Of a stretch of 64,000 nucleotides of DNA, positions 1 through 12,284 are shown in pieces (position 1 is the first letter of the stretch; every line of letters starts with the position of its first letter). A model generated the notes under the pieces. That model saw only the letters and a list, made by a program, of their open reading frames with translations. It made no database searches and was not told where the DNA came from. The translations under genes were made by a program, and so were the position numbers. The DNA is from Eledone cirrhosa (Eukaryota), in assembly GCA_964016885.1 (NCBI GenBank), contig OZ024741.1:394382001-394446000 (forward strand), given 5' to 3'.

Positions 1-191
1 TGTAGAGAAAAAATTCGTTGTTGCTTACTGCTATTTTTTTAGCAGCCAAGCCATCAACATGTCTGTAATATTCCCGCTTGCACTAGCGGCCGGGTCACGT
101 GTGGGTCACTTTAACGGCCATAACTCATACGATCTGGTAGTTGGCATTATATTTGTGGACCGTGGGACGTATGTCCTATAGAAAGGAAATA

Positions 192-270
192 GCTATCTGA
201 TGAAATCTACTTTCCGTTGGAAATTCTCTGAATTTCAAATCTTTTGTGGATGGAAACCGCCGGTAATAGC
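192..270 (+). ncRNA. Type I hammerhead ribozyme motif (PLE-type)
   Basis: gctat-CTGATGA(197-203)-a-atctac...gtggat-g-GAAA(253-256)-ccgccgg-TA-atagc: 5-bp stem I gctat/atagc, 6-bp stem II, short stem III; about 190 bp upstream of a (TA)n tract. Confidence 0.75.
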
Positions 271-455
271 ATTATGAACAGGTAGATATTTAAATCATTT
301 TTTAATTTATTTAAAGGATTGTTTAATGTTTGTTTGTTCTGCTCATCAATTTTTATAGTTCTGGTATCTCGAATTAGTACCATAGAACAACAATTATATT
401 GTAGACACCCTATATATCTCTATGGGTACTTAGTACTCAGTGAGATATTTACCTC

Positions 456-458
<3 letters not shown>

Positions 459-502
<44 letters not shown>

Positions 503-506
503 TCTT

Positions 507-556
<50 letters not shown>

Positions 557-568
557 TACATATATATC

Positions 569-600
<32 letters not shown>

Positions 601-722
601 CGTGTATGTATGCATATATATATAGGTGTGTGTGTATGTATGTATATATATATATATGTGTGTGTGTGTGTATATACATATATTTTTATGTGTATATTTA
701 TATATGTGTGTATATGTCTTTG

Positions 723-782
<60 letters not shown>
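459..782. repeat. Compound (TA)n/(TG)n microsatellite
   Basis: Directly visible dinucleotide runs; source of the YIYI/CVCV pseudo-ORFs. Confidence 0.97.
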
Positions 783-787
<5 letters not shown>

Positions 788-1688
788 ATACTTTGGGAAG
801 GTCATGTTGCCAATAAGAAACACACGCACCAGTTGCTTTCACTCCAATTTATTATAAATTAAATTATAAATTAAAAAAAAATTATAAATTTCCGGTTGGT
901 TGGTTCCACAACTGGACGGTTGTTCATATATTGTCAAAGTTCTTTCGTCACACATTCTGTGACCTCTTCAGTGACTGGGGATTTTTTCTTTGTTTTGTGC
1001 CACTCCTTTGTTCTGTCCTACGCCATCTTGTTTTTGTATGTGTTGTGTGCTTAGTTTGTGCGTGTGTTACATCCGGGTGTCTGTGTGTGTTTTTATTTGT
1101 TTATTTATTTGTTTATTTACATGTTACTGGTTGGTTGTTTGTTCTATGTGTGTGTGTTTTCATTTTGTCCTTAATTGTAAGTTGTGATGTTGCTATTCCA
1201 TTCATGTTTTCTATTTAATTTTGGTTGGAGTTCATTTATGTTTATTGCCTCTGTGATTTGTCTAAACATTGCGTCTTTTCTGTGTGTAGATTTTATTTTT
1301 ATTTCTATGTTCTCTAATTTTCCCTTATGTTCTATTTTAGCATGTTGGTGGAGTATAGATGATTCTTTTTTATCTTGAAGATCTCGCCAGTGTTCATTTA
1401 ATGGTTCTCCTATACTACGAGCTGTCTCACCTATTGTACACTATATTCTTATCTTTACATTGTCCTTCAGTACATCTTATGCTATATACTATGTTTCTAG
1501 TTTTACAGTTAATATGGGGGCTTAGTTTACAGATTATGCATTTCTTATCTATACAGGGAGGTCTTTGAAAAGGGTATGTATTACTAATAAAGGTTTTTAT
1601 GGAGGTACCTGGTCTTTCTACTATCTTAATATTTAGTTTAAGTTTATCTAGGGCCCTTCTAAATTTGTAAGCTAGTTCACCTCTAGAG

Positions 1689-1690
<2 letters not shown>
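783..1690 (-). mobile_element. 3' fragment of a Penelope-like element: Cys-rich linker, GIY-YIG endonuclease and 3' tail
   Basis: Minus strand reads ...VERPGTSIK...CIDKKCIIC...[14 protein letters not shown], a frameshift, then [15 protein letters not shown]...RQITEA...LNRKHEW; flanked on both sides by (TA)n; homologous to 63017-64000. Confidence 0.85.
933..975 (-). ncRNA. Minimal hammerhead ribozyme in PLE 3' tail
   Basis: Minus strand: gtca-CTGAAGA-g-gtcaca-gaatg-tgtgac-GAAA-gaac-TT-tgac. Confidence 0.75.
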
Positions 1691-1986
<296 letters not shown>

Positions 1987-2799
1987 CAGGTCACGAGTTG
2001 GTGCTACTGGTAACATGTATCCTAGTACAACCTGTATCATGGTCGGGTCGTTGGCGACTAAACTGGCAACCCCACCAAGGTTTCTTGGTGAGGAGGGTGA
2101 CTTTGGACATTCTGCAAGACTAAAAACAAAACCTGTCAAAGGGCAAAGGAGCTCTTAAGAGTCAATGGCCATCCAAAATCACTGGGAGAGATGATCCCTT
2201 AGCCTTTGTCAAGGCAGAATTCTAGAAGAAGGAAAACTCTGATATAACACCTGCAACCCATCGGTTTGCAGTTCTACCAGAGACTACACCACTTACTGTC
2301 TCTTTACTAAATGTCAGTGGTTGGGCTTCAGGTTAGCGACCTGTTCCCGGAAAAACTCTCCTGCTACGAAAACAATTCATAGTGCAGCAGATTTAAATTC
2401 CAAGCAGTCAGGAGAACGGTTGTCTCTAACCGGAGATTGTATAACGGGTGTCGGCAAAAGTCTCAATGAGGAAGCCGACATCCTGAGGACCAGAATTCTG
2501 TCTGCAAAAACAACCACAGCTAGTCTCTTCTGCCATCTGCAAGCAACGCCTGGGCTGGTTTGGGCACGCTTTGAGACTTCCCCCGGAGAGACTGGCGAAC
2601 CAAGTACTTAAATGGAACCCACAGGGAAGCAGATGGAGAGGGCGACCCAAAATGAACTGGCGCCAGACAGTTGAGAGGGACCTGCGAGCGACAAACAGAC
2701 AATGGTGGGACGCTGTGCAACTGGCTGCTGACCGAACGCGGTGGAACACTATGATTGCCTCATGCGTCGCAAGACGCGGGAGCTTCTGAGTCTGAGTCT

Positions 2800-2803
<4 letters not shown>
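1987..2803 (+). mobile_element. Internally deleted (bipartite) RTE-clade LINE
   Basis: RTE-like 5' UTR (gggttgggcttcaggttagcgacctgttcccggaaaaac) and ORF N-terminus-like TGVGKSLNEEADIL are joined to the RT C-terminus RLGWFGHALRLPPER...W.PQGSR.RGRPK.NW...LAADRTRW; ends in (CTGAGT)3 running into (GT)n. Confidence 0.7.
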
Positions 2804-2894
<91 letters not shown>

Positions 2895-3130
2895 TATCGA
2901 TGATAATACGTCAGCAATGGCGCGTTCGTCAGAATGTCATTATGCAGACAGCCAGACATACAGACAGATATTATAAGGGCTCGACGGAGATCGATAACCG
3001 GCGCCTAACACCCCTTTAACAACAGAAAATTGAAAAATAAAAGCTGCAGTTAATATCTTTAGACCGCAAGGAATATATAAATGCAAGTTTGAAGTCAATC
3101 GAAGTAGAAATGTGGATGTGTATAGACTGC

Positions 3131-3186
<56 letters not shown>

Positions 3187-3287
3187 ACAACTACAGTTTT
3201 ATATATATGTATAGATAAAAGAGATATTTCTTGGTGGCTGGATAGTTGCTTTAATCGCACGAAAATTACACACACACACACACACAC

Positions 3288-3323
<36 letters not shown>

Positions 3324-3325
3324 CC

Positions 3326-4817
3326 AGATGTCGGTGCATAATGCCAATGAGGGAGTGAGAGGTGGGAGAAAGGAACGGAGAGGCAAAATGAGGAAGTGGC
3401 TCCTTTTGCATGTAGTACGTGGTCCCAAATCATTCCAAGATTTGAGGAGGGTAAATGGTCATGTGTGTGAAACTTATAGGGAAGCATGCTATCAACAAGG
3501 GCTTTTTAGAAAATGATAAGCATTGGGACCTTGCATTGACTGAAGCATGAGTGTCACATTCTTCAAGGAAACTCCGTAACCTTTGTAATCATGCTGAACA
3601 TGTGTCAACTTGGCAGTCCCCTATAACTTTGGATGAAACATCGTGAGGACATGGCTGGGGACTTAAAGTATGCAGTTCAACAGGCAAACCAAGGTATCAA
3701 TATTCAGTTCTCTGAAAAAACTTTTAGCCAAGCACTGATCGAAATTGGGGGTCAAGTTTTGGCCATGGGAGGCAAAGATTTGCAAGAGTCTGGCTCTGGA
3801 CTGCCAAAAACAAACCGTCAAATTAGTTATTTAACTTCAAGAGACATAGCAAGAGAGACAAATTATGACATCACAGAGTTGGCTGCATTTGTGAACATGG
3901 ACCTAAACTTCTTCCAGAACAACGCTGTGCATATGATAAAATTATTTCGTCAGTCAGAGAAAAAAGTGGAGGAATTTTCGTTCTTGATGTTCCTGGTAGT
4001 TCAGGTAAAACATTGGTAACAACATTGCTTCTCTCCAAGGTAAGGCAACAAAACAAATTGCAGTTGTTGTAGCATCGTCTGGCATTGCTGCCACCCTTCT
4101 CTCAGGAGGACAAACAGCTCATTCTGCTTTTAAATTACCGCTAAACCATGTCACAAATGACAGTCCAATTTGTAACATAAGCAAAGGCTCAGTTCAGCAG
4201 AAGTATTTCGCCAATGCCATCTGATGTGATGAATGCACCATGTCACATAGAGGTGTAATGGAAGCTCTTGATAAGACCTTACAGGACATAAGAGGCAACA
4301 ATAAATCTATGGGAGGAGATACATTAGTTTTATCAGGAGATTTCAGACAGACATTACCAGTCATTCCGAGAGGAACAAGAGCTGATGAAATAAAAGGGAC
4401 AAGGTTGATTGTGAAGACATTATCACCTAATGTGATAGAAGCTGCCATCATCACTGGATGTGCTTCTGGGGAAGAGGTTTTAATTCCAAGAATTCCAATC
4501 AAATCAACAGACATGCTATTTGAGTTCAAACGAACACAATTCCCAGTGCGACTTTGCTTCGCAATGTCTATTAATAAAGCTCAAGGTTAGACTTTGAAAT
4601 CTACTGGCTTGCACTTAATTGAGCCTTGTTTTTCTCATAGTCAACTTTATGTTGGTTGCTCCAGGGTGGGTAGTTTACAAGACCTATTTGTCTATGCTCC
4701 AAACCAGCAAACAAAGAATGTTGTTTACCCAGAAGCTCTTACGTAATTTCCTTCAACATGTGATAGAATTTATCTCGCTTCTTGAAAGTGGTAAATTTTG
4801 TATTTTGTTTTTTTATT

Positions 4818-4852
<35 letters not shown>

Positions 4853-5020
4853 TTGTATTATTTATTGTATTATGAATTCAGAATTGATTTCATCATGTAT
4901 CCCAATAGAAGAATAAATTGAATTTAGAATAACAAATTTCTATACAACATATTTTGCTTTTTTTTTCCTAACATATAAGGAACAATTTTATTCCCGGGCA
5001 ACGCCGGGTGCCTCTGCTAG
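3326..5020 (+). mobile_element. Helitron 3' fragment with decayed PIF1-like helicase
   Basis: LLLHVVRGPKSFQDLRRVNG..CETYREAC; Walker A-like DVPGSSGKT; ASSGIAATLL.GGQTAHS; DECTM; LSGDFRQTLPV; RTQFPVRLCFAMSINKAQG; terminal hairpin cccgg-gcaacg-ccggg, then CTAG (5017-5020) and T. Confidence 0.92.
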
Positions 5021-5898
5021 TTATATATAAATGTGAAGTGATAACCAACGGTAAGAAATTCAACTATATTAGGGTTACAGCTAATAAATTTATAACTAAG
5101 TTTTACGTCCACATATATTCGTTTAAAAACAAGAAACTGCGGAATACTACTTCCTTAACTAAATTAATTTTGACCCTAAAAATGACAACATTAAATGCCA
5201 TACTAACTAGGCGATTATTAATACAGCTAAACCGTATAGGGGTAATAGAACTGGTTGTGATATTTGCTTAACAGAGGCATATAAGATACTTACTTCTAAA
5301 TTTAACCTAAATGCAAAGAATCAGGTAATTCCTTCCTGTCAACATAGAATCTTTCACTCCTTTTGTTATAAACTTTAAGAGCTTGATTAGCGTAAAATGT
5401 TAACTTTAGATAGTTAAACTTTTGTTTTATGCCATTATTTCCATTATCTTCTAGTGTATATATACATATATTATACGTAAGTATATACGTAAATAAATTT
5501 TGTATCAAGCAAGCAGTTAATTTAAGATATTCTACATACGTTAGTCAGAATTCAATAATTTCTTGTAAATTAATGTATGTCTATATGGAGAGATATACTA
5601 ATATCATTGCACATTTTCTATATAAATACTTCTTTCTAATACCACCTTTCTAGTCTTACTTAAACCTATAGGAACTGTATATTAAGAACCTTACTAACAT
5701 AACTAACCCGGCATAAGAAATTGGTCCTCATATGTACACGCATATATGTTTGTGTAGACATCATAGTTGTTGTAAATATAGATGTGTTTAGACAGTGAAT
5801 AAATCTGTATGGTTATGTATTAATAGTATATTATTGTAGCATATACATATATGAATGTGTGTGTGTACATGTAGGTAGATTTGTGTATGTATATGTGT

Positions 5899-6092
5899 AG
5901 AGATGTCAACATTAATGGACCTGTTATTTTTTTATCTAAAGACATTTTTCAAATTCCAGCCCGCCAGTCCCTTCAATCTATCTTATTTCCCATTCTTTCT
6001 CCCGATGAAGGACTAGCGTCCGAACTGTTCTTTCAAGCGTTAACTAAATATATTCCTACCGATCATGTTGTTATTTCTGTTTAACTTTTACA
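5899..6092 (+). mobile_element. Solitary PLE 3'-terminal fragment with degenerate hammerhead
   Basis: Aligns by eye with 29243-29454 (3' end of the PLE at 26110-29454); contains ccgatga-a-ggac-tagc-gtcc-gaa; followed by (TA)n. Confidence 0.7.
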
Positions 6093-6169
6093 TTATATAT
6101 ATATATATAGTAATAATAATAAATTTGAAGACTAAAATCCAAAGAGGGCGCGATAAGGATAAATATATA

Positions 6170-6813
<644 letters not shown>

Positions 6814-7023
6814 TAGTAAAAAGGAAAAGAAAATGCTGACAAATTTTCCCCTCTACAAATGCGACCCACACCCACCGCATCAGCAAGGAATCTGTGTGTC
6901 GCAAAGTGGTTCATTATTGTTATAATGGAAATGAATTCGTCAGCAGGAATGTGTGTGTGTGTGGGGGGGGGGGGTTATTTTAACATGTTGAAACATATTT
7001 TTCAGCTCTTGTCTTATACGGAG

Positions 7024-7080
<57 letters not shown>

Positions 7081-7564
7081 TGTCTGTCTGTATGTTAGTG
7101 TTCGCGTGTGCATGCGTGTGTGTGGATGGACCAGTATTTTTGTGGTACTGGTAAAAATGGTGTACATTATTCGATATTTTCAGTCATTTGCAAAAACGAT
7201 TCTCTCAAAAGAACATCAATAACATCAATAATAAAAGAGGTGAAATGATGTATAGTATTGTCATAACAACAAGGTGTGTGTGAGTGTCTAGATTGTACGT
7301 ACTGCAAGGGATACTTGTGTACAAATATGTATTCACCCATCAATGTGCAATACATGTGTGCGTATGTGTATGTGTGCGTGTCGGCACGTGTATATCTATA
7401 AACATCAAAAGGTATGCGAATTTGTGTATATTTGTGTTTCACCATAGAACATGTGTGTTTACGTATGTTATTGTGTTTATATGTGGATTGAAATGTATGT
7501 AGGGTGTATGCTGATGTAGGTATGTATGTCAACGTGTGTATGTTGTGGGTTCGTCTTAGGAAGA

Positions 7565-9480
7565 AGTGTTTAGACGGGGTCCGTATTTCTTAATAAAGTG
7601 AGATTCCTTGCTGATGCGCTAGGCGTGGGTGACATTATCTTTAACTTTGTAGAGAGGAACATTTGTCTCCTGTCCTGGGAATAATATTCTTGTACCTGTT
7701 GGCCTTTCTTTCTAGTGCAAACTTGGAGCATATGGCTTGTATTATTTCCATGAATTGATCAAGTTGTATGTTGACATCTTCCACAGAGATACTGTCAGTC
7801 CAGTTCTGCTTCAGGAGCTCCTTGTGAATCCTTTTCTAGTTAGCTTTGTGGAAGTTTAAGCTGAATAGAGACTGAGTGCTTCTTGTCAGCTGTATATTTG
7901 TGGTCTTCCTTGAACTATACATTATTCCTAGTTCTACTATGTCATGGTCCAAGAAAATCGTTGATGTCACTTTCACATTGTGGATGAGCTCTGTGTTATT
8001 TGTGAAACAGAGATCCAGGGTATTCTCCCCCTCTTGTTGGGTGAAGTACCATTTGTTCCATGAAATGTCTGTAAGGTCCAACAAGGATCCTGTCTGATTA
8101 TGTTTAGGTGTTGTCATTCCTGAGAGGGGCTGGTCTTCAGACCATTTCACCTTGGGAAGGTTGAAATCTCCCAGCAGTAGGATATTGAGACTATGATCCA
8201 AATTATATCAGCACTTCATCAATCCTGAGGCTATCTTGAAACTTGTCCTCATGTCTAGGGGCATCAGGTGGTCTATATGTGATACATATTACCATTTTGA
8301 GTTTATTATGTGTACTATTAGTGTGTCACAGACCGAGTTGGAATGTGACAACAGTACTAATGAGGTGACATCTTCACAGATGGACAAAGCAATTCCACCA
8401 TGAATTCTCCCCCACCTGTCAATGCGAAATACAACATACTGCTAAGCTAGCTGTCAGGTGAATTTCAGTTAGTGCCATGGATATTGCTTGATTGCTTGTG
8501 GCTAGGTATCTTAGGTAGGTGATCTTACACATGTTTACTGGGACTTCGAGATTTAGTAGTAGCACTGGTGTGACATTTGGGGTGTCAGTGATGGCTGTTG
8601 ATATGGCATTTGCATGGATATTAGTGGTGGCCATCCTGGGTCCTTTATTTGTGGTGGTCGCGAGTGTTGATGTGACTGACTTTGGCTTTGTATTTGATGA
8701 AGCCAAGTCGGCTGTCTCACAACCTTTTCCGCAATTTAAAAAAAAACTGTTGTTCTGCAGCTACAGTCTGTACTGCTGCCGCATACTTTCTTCTCTTCAC
8801 TGGGACAGTATGTGCAACCTAAGCATACTTCCTGGGCAGTGACCCTGTGAAGTGTGCTGTTTGCACGTGTTGGTTTTGGCTTGGGTAGTTGGTACGAGCA
8901 GATTGGGCGCAACTTTCATGGAGTCTGGTGTGTGCAAACCCACAATTTGTCCCAGCCTTCCTATGGCAACAGGTCCATTTCTTGTAGAACTTACAGAGTA
9001 CTTGGGCTTTCTTTTTCGCAGGGTCTCTGTTTTTCTTAGTTCTAGTCTTCTTCATCTTATCATTTATCCACTGGTCATCTCTTGTCTGTTTATTTACATG
9101 TTTCTTCTTAGTGGGGTCCGTCTGGTGGTTCTTTAGTTTATCTTTGCTGCATTTCAGAGTTTCATTTTCTTTTTCAATGTCTTAACTGATGTTGTCTGAG
9201 CCGCAGGTCATCTCACTCTCCGAGCTTTTAGATCCTTCCGGCTTCCATGGGTCCTTTTTTCACCCTTTTTGTTTTCTTTCATTTCCTCTGTGAAAATATG
9301 ACTCAGTTGATCCATGTGAGACAACAAGCGCGGCACGAAAGAATTCGTTCTTTTTCGACTGTACTGTGCCAAGGTTCTCAGATAGCCACAGCTTTGCAGG
9401 GTCTTCTTAATTAACTTGTTTGGAAGAGAGCCATTAGTTGAACTCCATGCACTGAGCATGAGTTGTAGTTCCATTAGTTT
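7565..9480 (-). mobile_element. 5' half of a decayed APE-type LINE (CR1/L2-like): ORF1 remnant and endonuclease
   Basis: APE motifs ILLLGDFNLP..W, TLDLCFTN, DHDIV; upstream Cys/His cluster CKFYKKWTC.H....CGFAH; many stops and frameshifts. Confidence 0.7.
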
Positions 9481-9616
9481 CTAATTTCGGTGAGTTCGGT
9501 TCTCATCTACCTGAGCACTTTTATGTGTATTGTTTTTCAAATTTCAATTATATTAACTATATTGTCAATCAATTAAAATGAATTAAATAAAAAATAAAAA
9601 ACAAAATTAAATTTCC

Positions 9617-9728
9617 TGTCTAAGTTCAAATCCCGCCGAAGTTAACCTTTCATCCGATAAAATAAAGTACCAGTAATACACTGGGATAACTGCTGGCCTT
9701 GTGCCAAAAGTAGAAACAATTATTATTA
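9617..9728 (+). mobile_element. 5'-truncated tRNA-derived SINE
   Basis: B box gttcaaatccc, core ctttcatcc..gataaaataaagtaccag, tail ggccttgtgccaaaagtagaaacaat(tat)n. Confidence 0.85.
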
Positions 9729-9899
9729 TGAGTTTTTACTTTACGATGTTTTGAAAGTTTTAAAACTGGTTTTTAAACAAAACAAGATTTTTTCACCACA
9801 CATTTATATATAAATTACATTCATATATATATTTATACTTTATTGATAAGTTTACATTAATACACGCACACATACAAATATCCTGGTATTTAGGGTTTG

Positions 9900-10701
9900 G
9901 CTATGTGTATACGGGAGTTTTGCGTCCGCGTGAGTGTGCAGGTTCGTACGTATGGTGGGTGTGTGTATATGTGTACTTCTTGTTTTAGTTGACTTACATC
10001 TCCGAACATTCGGGTATTTATATGTAGGTATGCGTGTGCGCTTGTTATATACGTATTTATTTACTTATATACGTTTATATAATTATTTATTTATTTGTAC
10101 ACAAGCATACACACACACACACATTTATATGTGCGTGGTTTTGTATACCTATGGTAAGGTTTTGCGTATGCTTGTGTATGTACGTATCTGTTTGCGTGTA
10201 TGTATTTATTTGTTTCTATTACTTCTGTATTGTATTTATTTACTTTGTTCTTAACTCTGTAGCGGAGATTCATTTGGTCTCATAGTTAGAATTTTAGTCT
10301 ACGATTTCTGCTATTTACGTGGTTTTGTCTTTGCGTGCTATTGTTCTCCACGCTCCACATATGACTTATTATCTTCGTTTTTTCGTTCATTGCCAGAGAA
10401 CGTCTCTATGCACCACCTAAGAGAACATTAGTCTACGACCTCTTTTATACCATAAACGTGGTTTTGTCTTTGCGCGAAATTGTTTTTCACCGCTCCTATT
10501 AATGACGTATTATTCGTTTTTTCCCGTTCTTTGCCAGCGAACGTTACCACGAACCAAAGTATCGTCTTCCTGTCTTCCTCCGGTTGCAACGTTTTTTGAA
10601 ATATCCAGTTCTGCGTTTACAGATTGACTTTGTTAGTTTCAGAAGATCCCGTTAAGGTTGAAAGCAGCGATTCTTTGCTTAAACTTTAATCTGTTATTTT
10701 A
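9900..10701 (+). mobile_element. (TA)n-anchored non-coding repeat with internal ~135-bp tandem duplication and terminal hammerhead-like motif (copy 2)
   Basis: tagtctacga...gtggttttgtctttgcg...ttgccag.gaacgt occurs twice (from ~10295 and ~10429); homologous to 39921-40900 on the minus strand; left boundary approximate. Confidence 0.7.
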
Positions 10702-10730
10702 ATAAATATATATATATATATATATATATG

Positions 10731-11922
10731 CTAGCTGACGTACCCAGCTTCGCCCGGGTAAACAGATGATAAGAGAAGACAGGTGAAAGAGAAAATGACT
10801 GTATTCGATGTTTGTCTGGTTACAGTATGAGGCGAGTCCGTGGTGTCTGTGTGATACAAAAAAACAGTAAAAAAATCTTCCAGATATACCAGATTCTTCG
10901 TTGTACCGTTTGTGCATAGTATATGAACAATTCTAGGTGCTCCCGCTTAGAATAGTGACCTCTAGGAGATGGTTCATCTTCTGCCTTACTGTAAAACGTG
11001 TACCATTGCATAGACGTAGTTGTTCCACGTTTCTCAAAAGGATGATGGAAGTTCCAATCTTTTATATTATATGTAGATATAGATATAGATAATTAATATA
11101 AAAGATGATGCTCAGCCAGTTCGTCTTCAACCATCGCAGCACGCTGTCACTGCTTGGCTCCGGTGTTTCGTTGGCGTTGTTCAGCCAGCTCCTCTTCATT
11201 CATGGCGGCACGTCTTTGCTTCTGAAGTTCAGCGTTCCGATAGCGCTATTCGGCCCGTTTTTCTTCATTCCTGGCTGCACGCCGTCGCCGCTGTAGTTCA
11301 CTGTTTGATAAAGTCGAATTGCTTTTATTATCAGTATTCATTTCGAGCAATTGTCAAAAAATGACACAATAATATATATAAGAGATGTCCGTCAATGTAA
11401 AAAAAAGGGTCCCTTCACAACTCTGTGTATGTTAGACTGACAGACAAGCACACAGACAGATAAACTGCGTGGCGATTGTGGAACGCCGCACGTACACACA
11501 CATACACGCATGGAAACGCGCACACGCACGCAAACTTACACACGGACCCGTGCACTTACACACACGCACACACTCACACATGTTGATAGTTTTTACTTTC
11601 TGTGGAACGCTGCACGCACGCACACACACATAAACATACGCACACATGTTAATAGTTATTGCTTTCCTTCCCCTCTTATTTCCACACACATCACACACAC
11701 ACACACGTCTCTACACTGACACATTTACATAGTGTATCCAACACAGCGTTCACTTTGCCTCTCTGTTTCTTACTCTCCCCTCTCATTCCCTCATTGGCAT
11801 TATGCATATTAATTTAAGTTTGGCGTCGTTGAGGTGGGCGGAGTCGTTTGAAACCTATGAACCAATGATAATCGAGAATTATGACACACGGAATAATGAC
11901 ATTGTTGAAATTAATATATAGA
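10731..11922 (-). mobile_element. Internally deleted or composite Helitron with STPR-like 23-aa repeats
   Basis: Minus 5' end A|TCTATATATTAATTTCAACAATGTC at 11922 (a second TCTACATATAATATAAAAG start at 11077); 3' hairpin cccgg-gcgaag-ctggg plus CTAG at 10731; RRAARNEEKRAE*RYRNAELQKQ / RRAAMNEEELAEQRQRNTGAKQ* repeats at 11105-11290. Confidence 0.65.
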
Positions 11923-11931
11923 TATATATAT

Positions 11932-12003
11932 AATAGAATTAGGATTTAGCTTCAGGCATAGCTGTATACAGATATGTATAGAGATTTCGTATTTCTAAAG
12001 AAA
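11932..12003 (-). repeat. Solitary copy of the terminal repeat of the 62363-62778 element
   Basis: Reverse complement matches tttctttagaaatacgaaat.tctatacatat.tgtata.agctatg..tgaagc.aaatccta.ttctatt; abuts a TA run. Confidence 0.75.
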
Positions 12004-12103
12004 TTGTTGGCTTCGACAGTCGAAAGTGTTATACTAAAAAAATCCCTGTAGCATTTCTACTGTATTTTTTTCCTTTTTACTATTTGTTTATATATATATA
12101 TGT

Positions 12104-12207
<104 letters not shown>

Positions 12208-12284
12208 TGCATATGCATATTTTTGTATATATACATATGTTAACCTATGGCATGTGTGTTGAGGATCATGAAAATATGTATTTT

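Noticed and set aside
319-862. ORFs rich in [12 protein letters not shown] (also at 6.3-6.9, 12.1 and 62.7 kb and elsewhere)
   Set aside because: Translations of (TA)n/(TG)n microsatellites
5030-5730. Possible PLE endonuclease remnants (NKRSE-like words; similar at 36330-36700)
   Set aside because: Too degraded to assign without an HMM search
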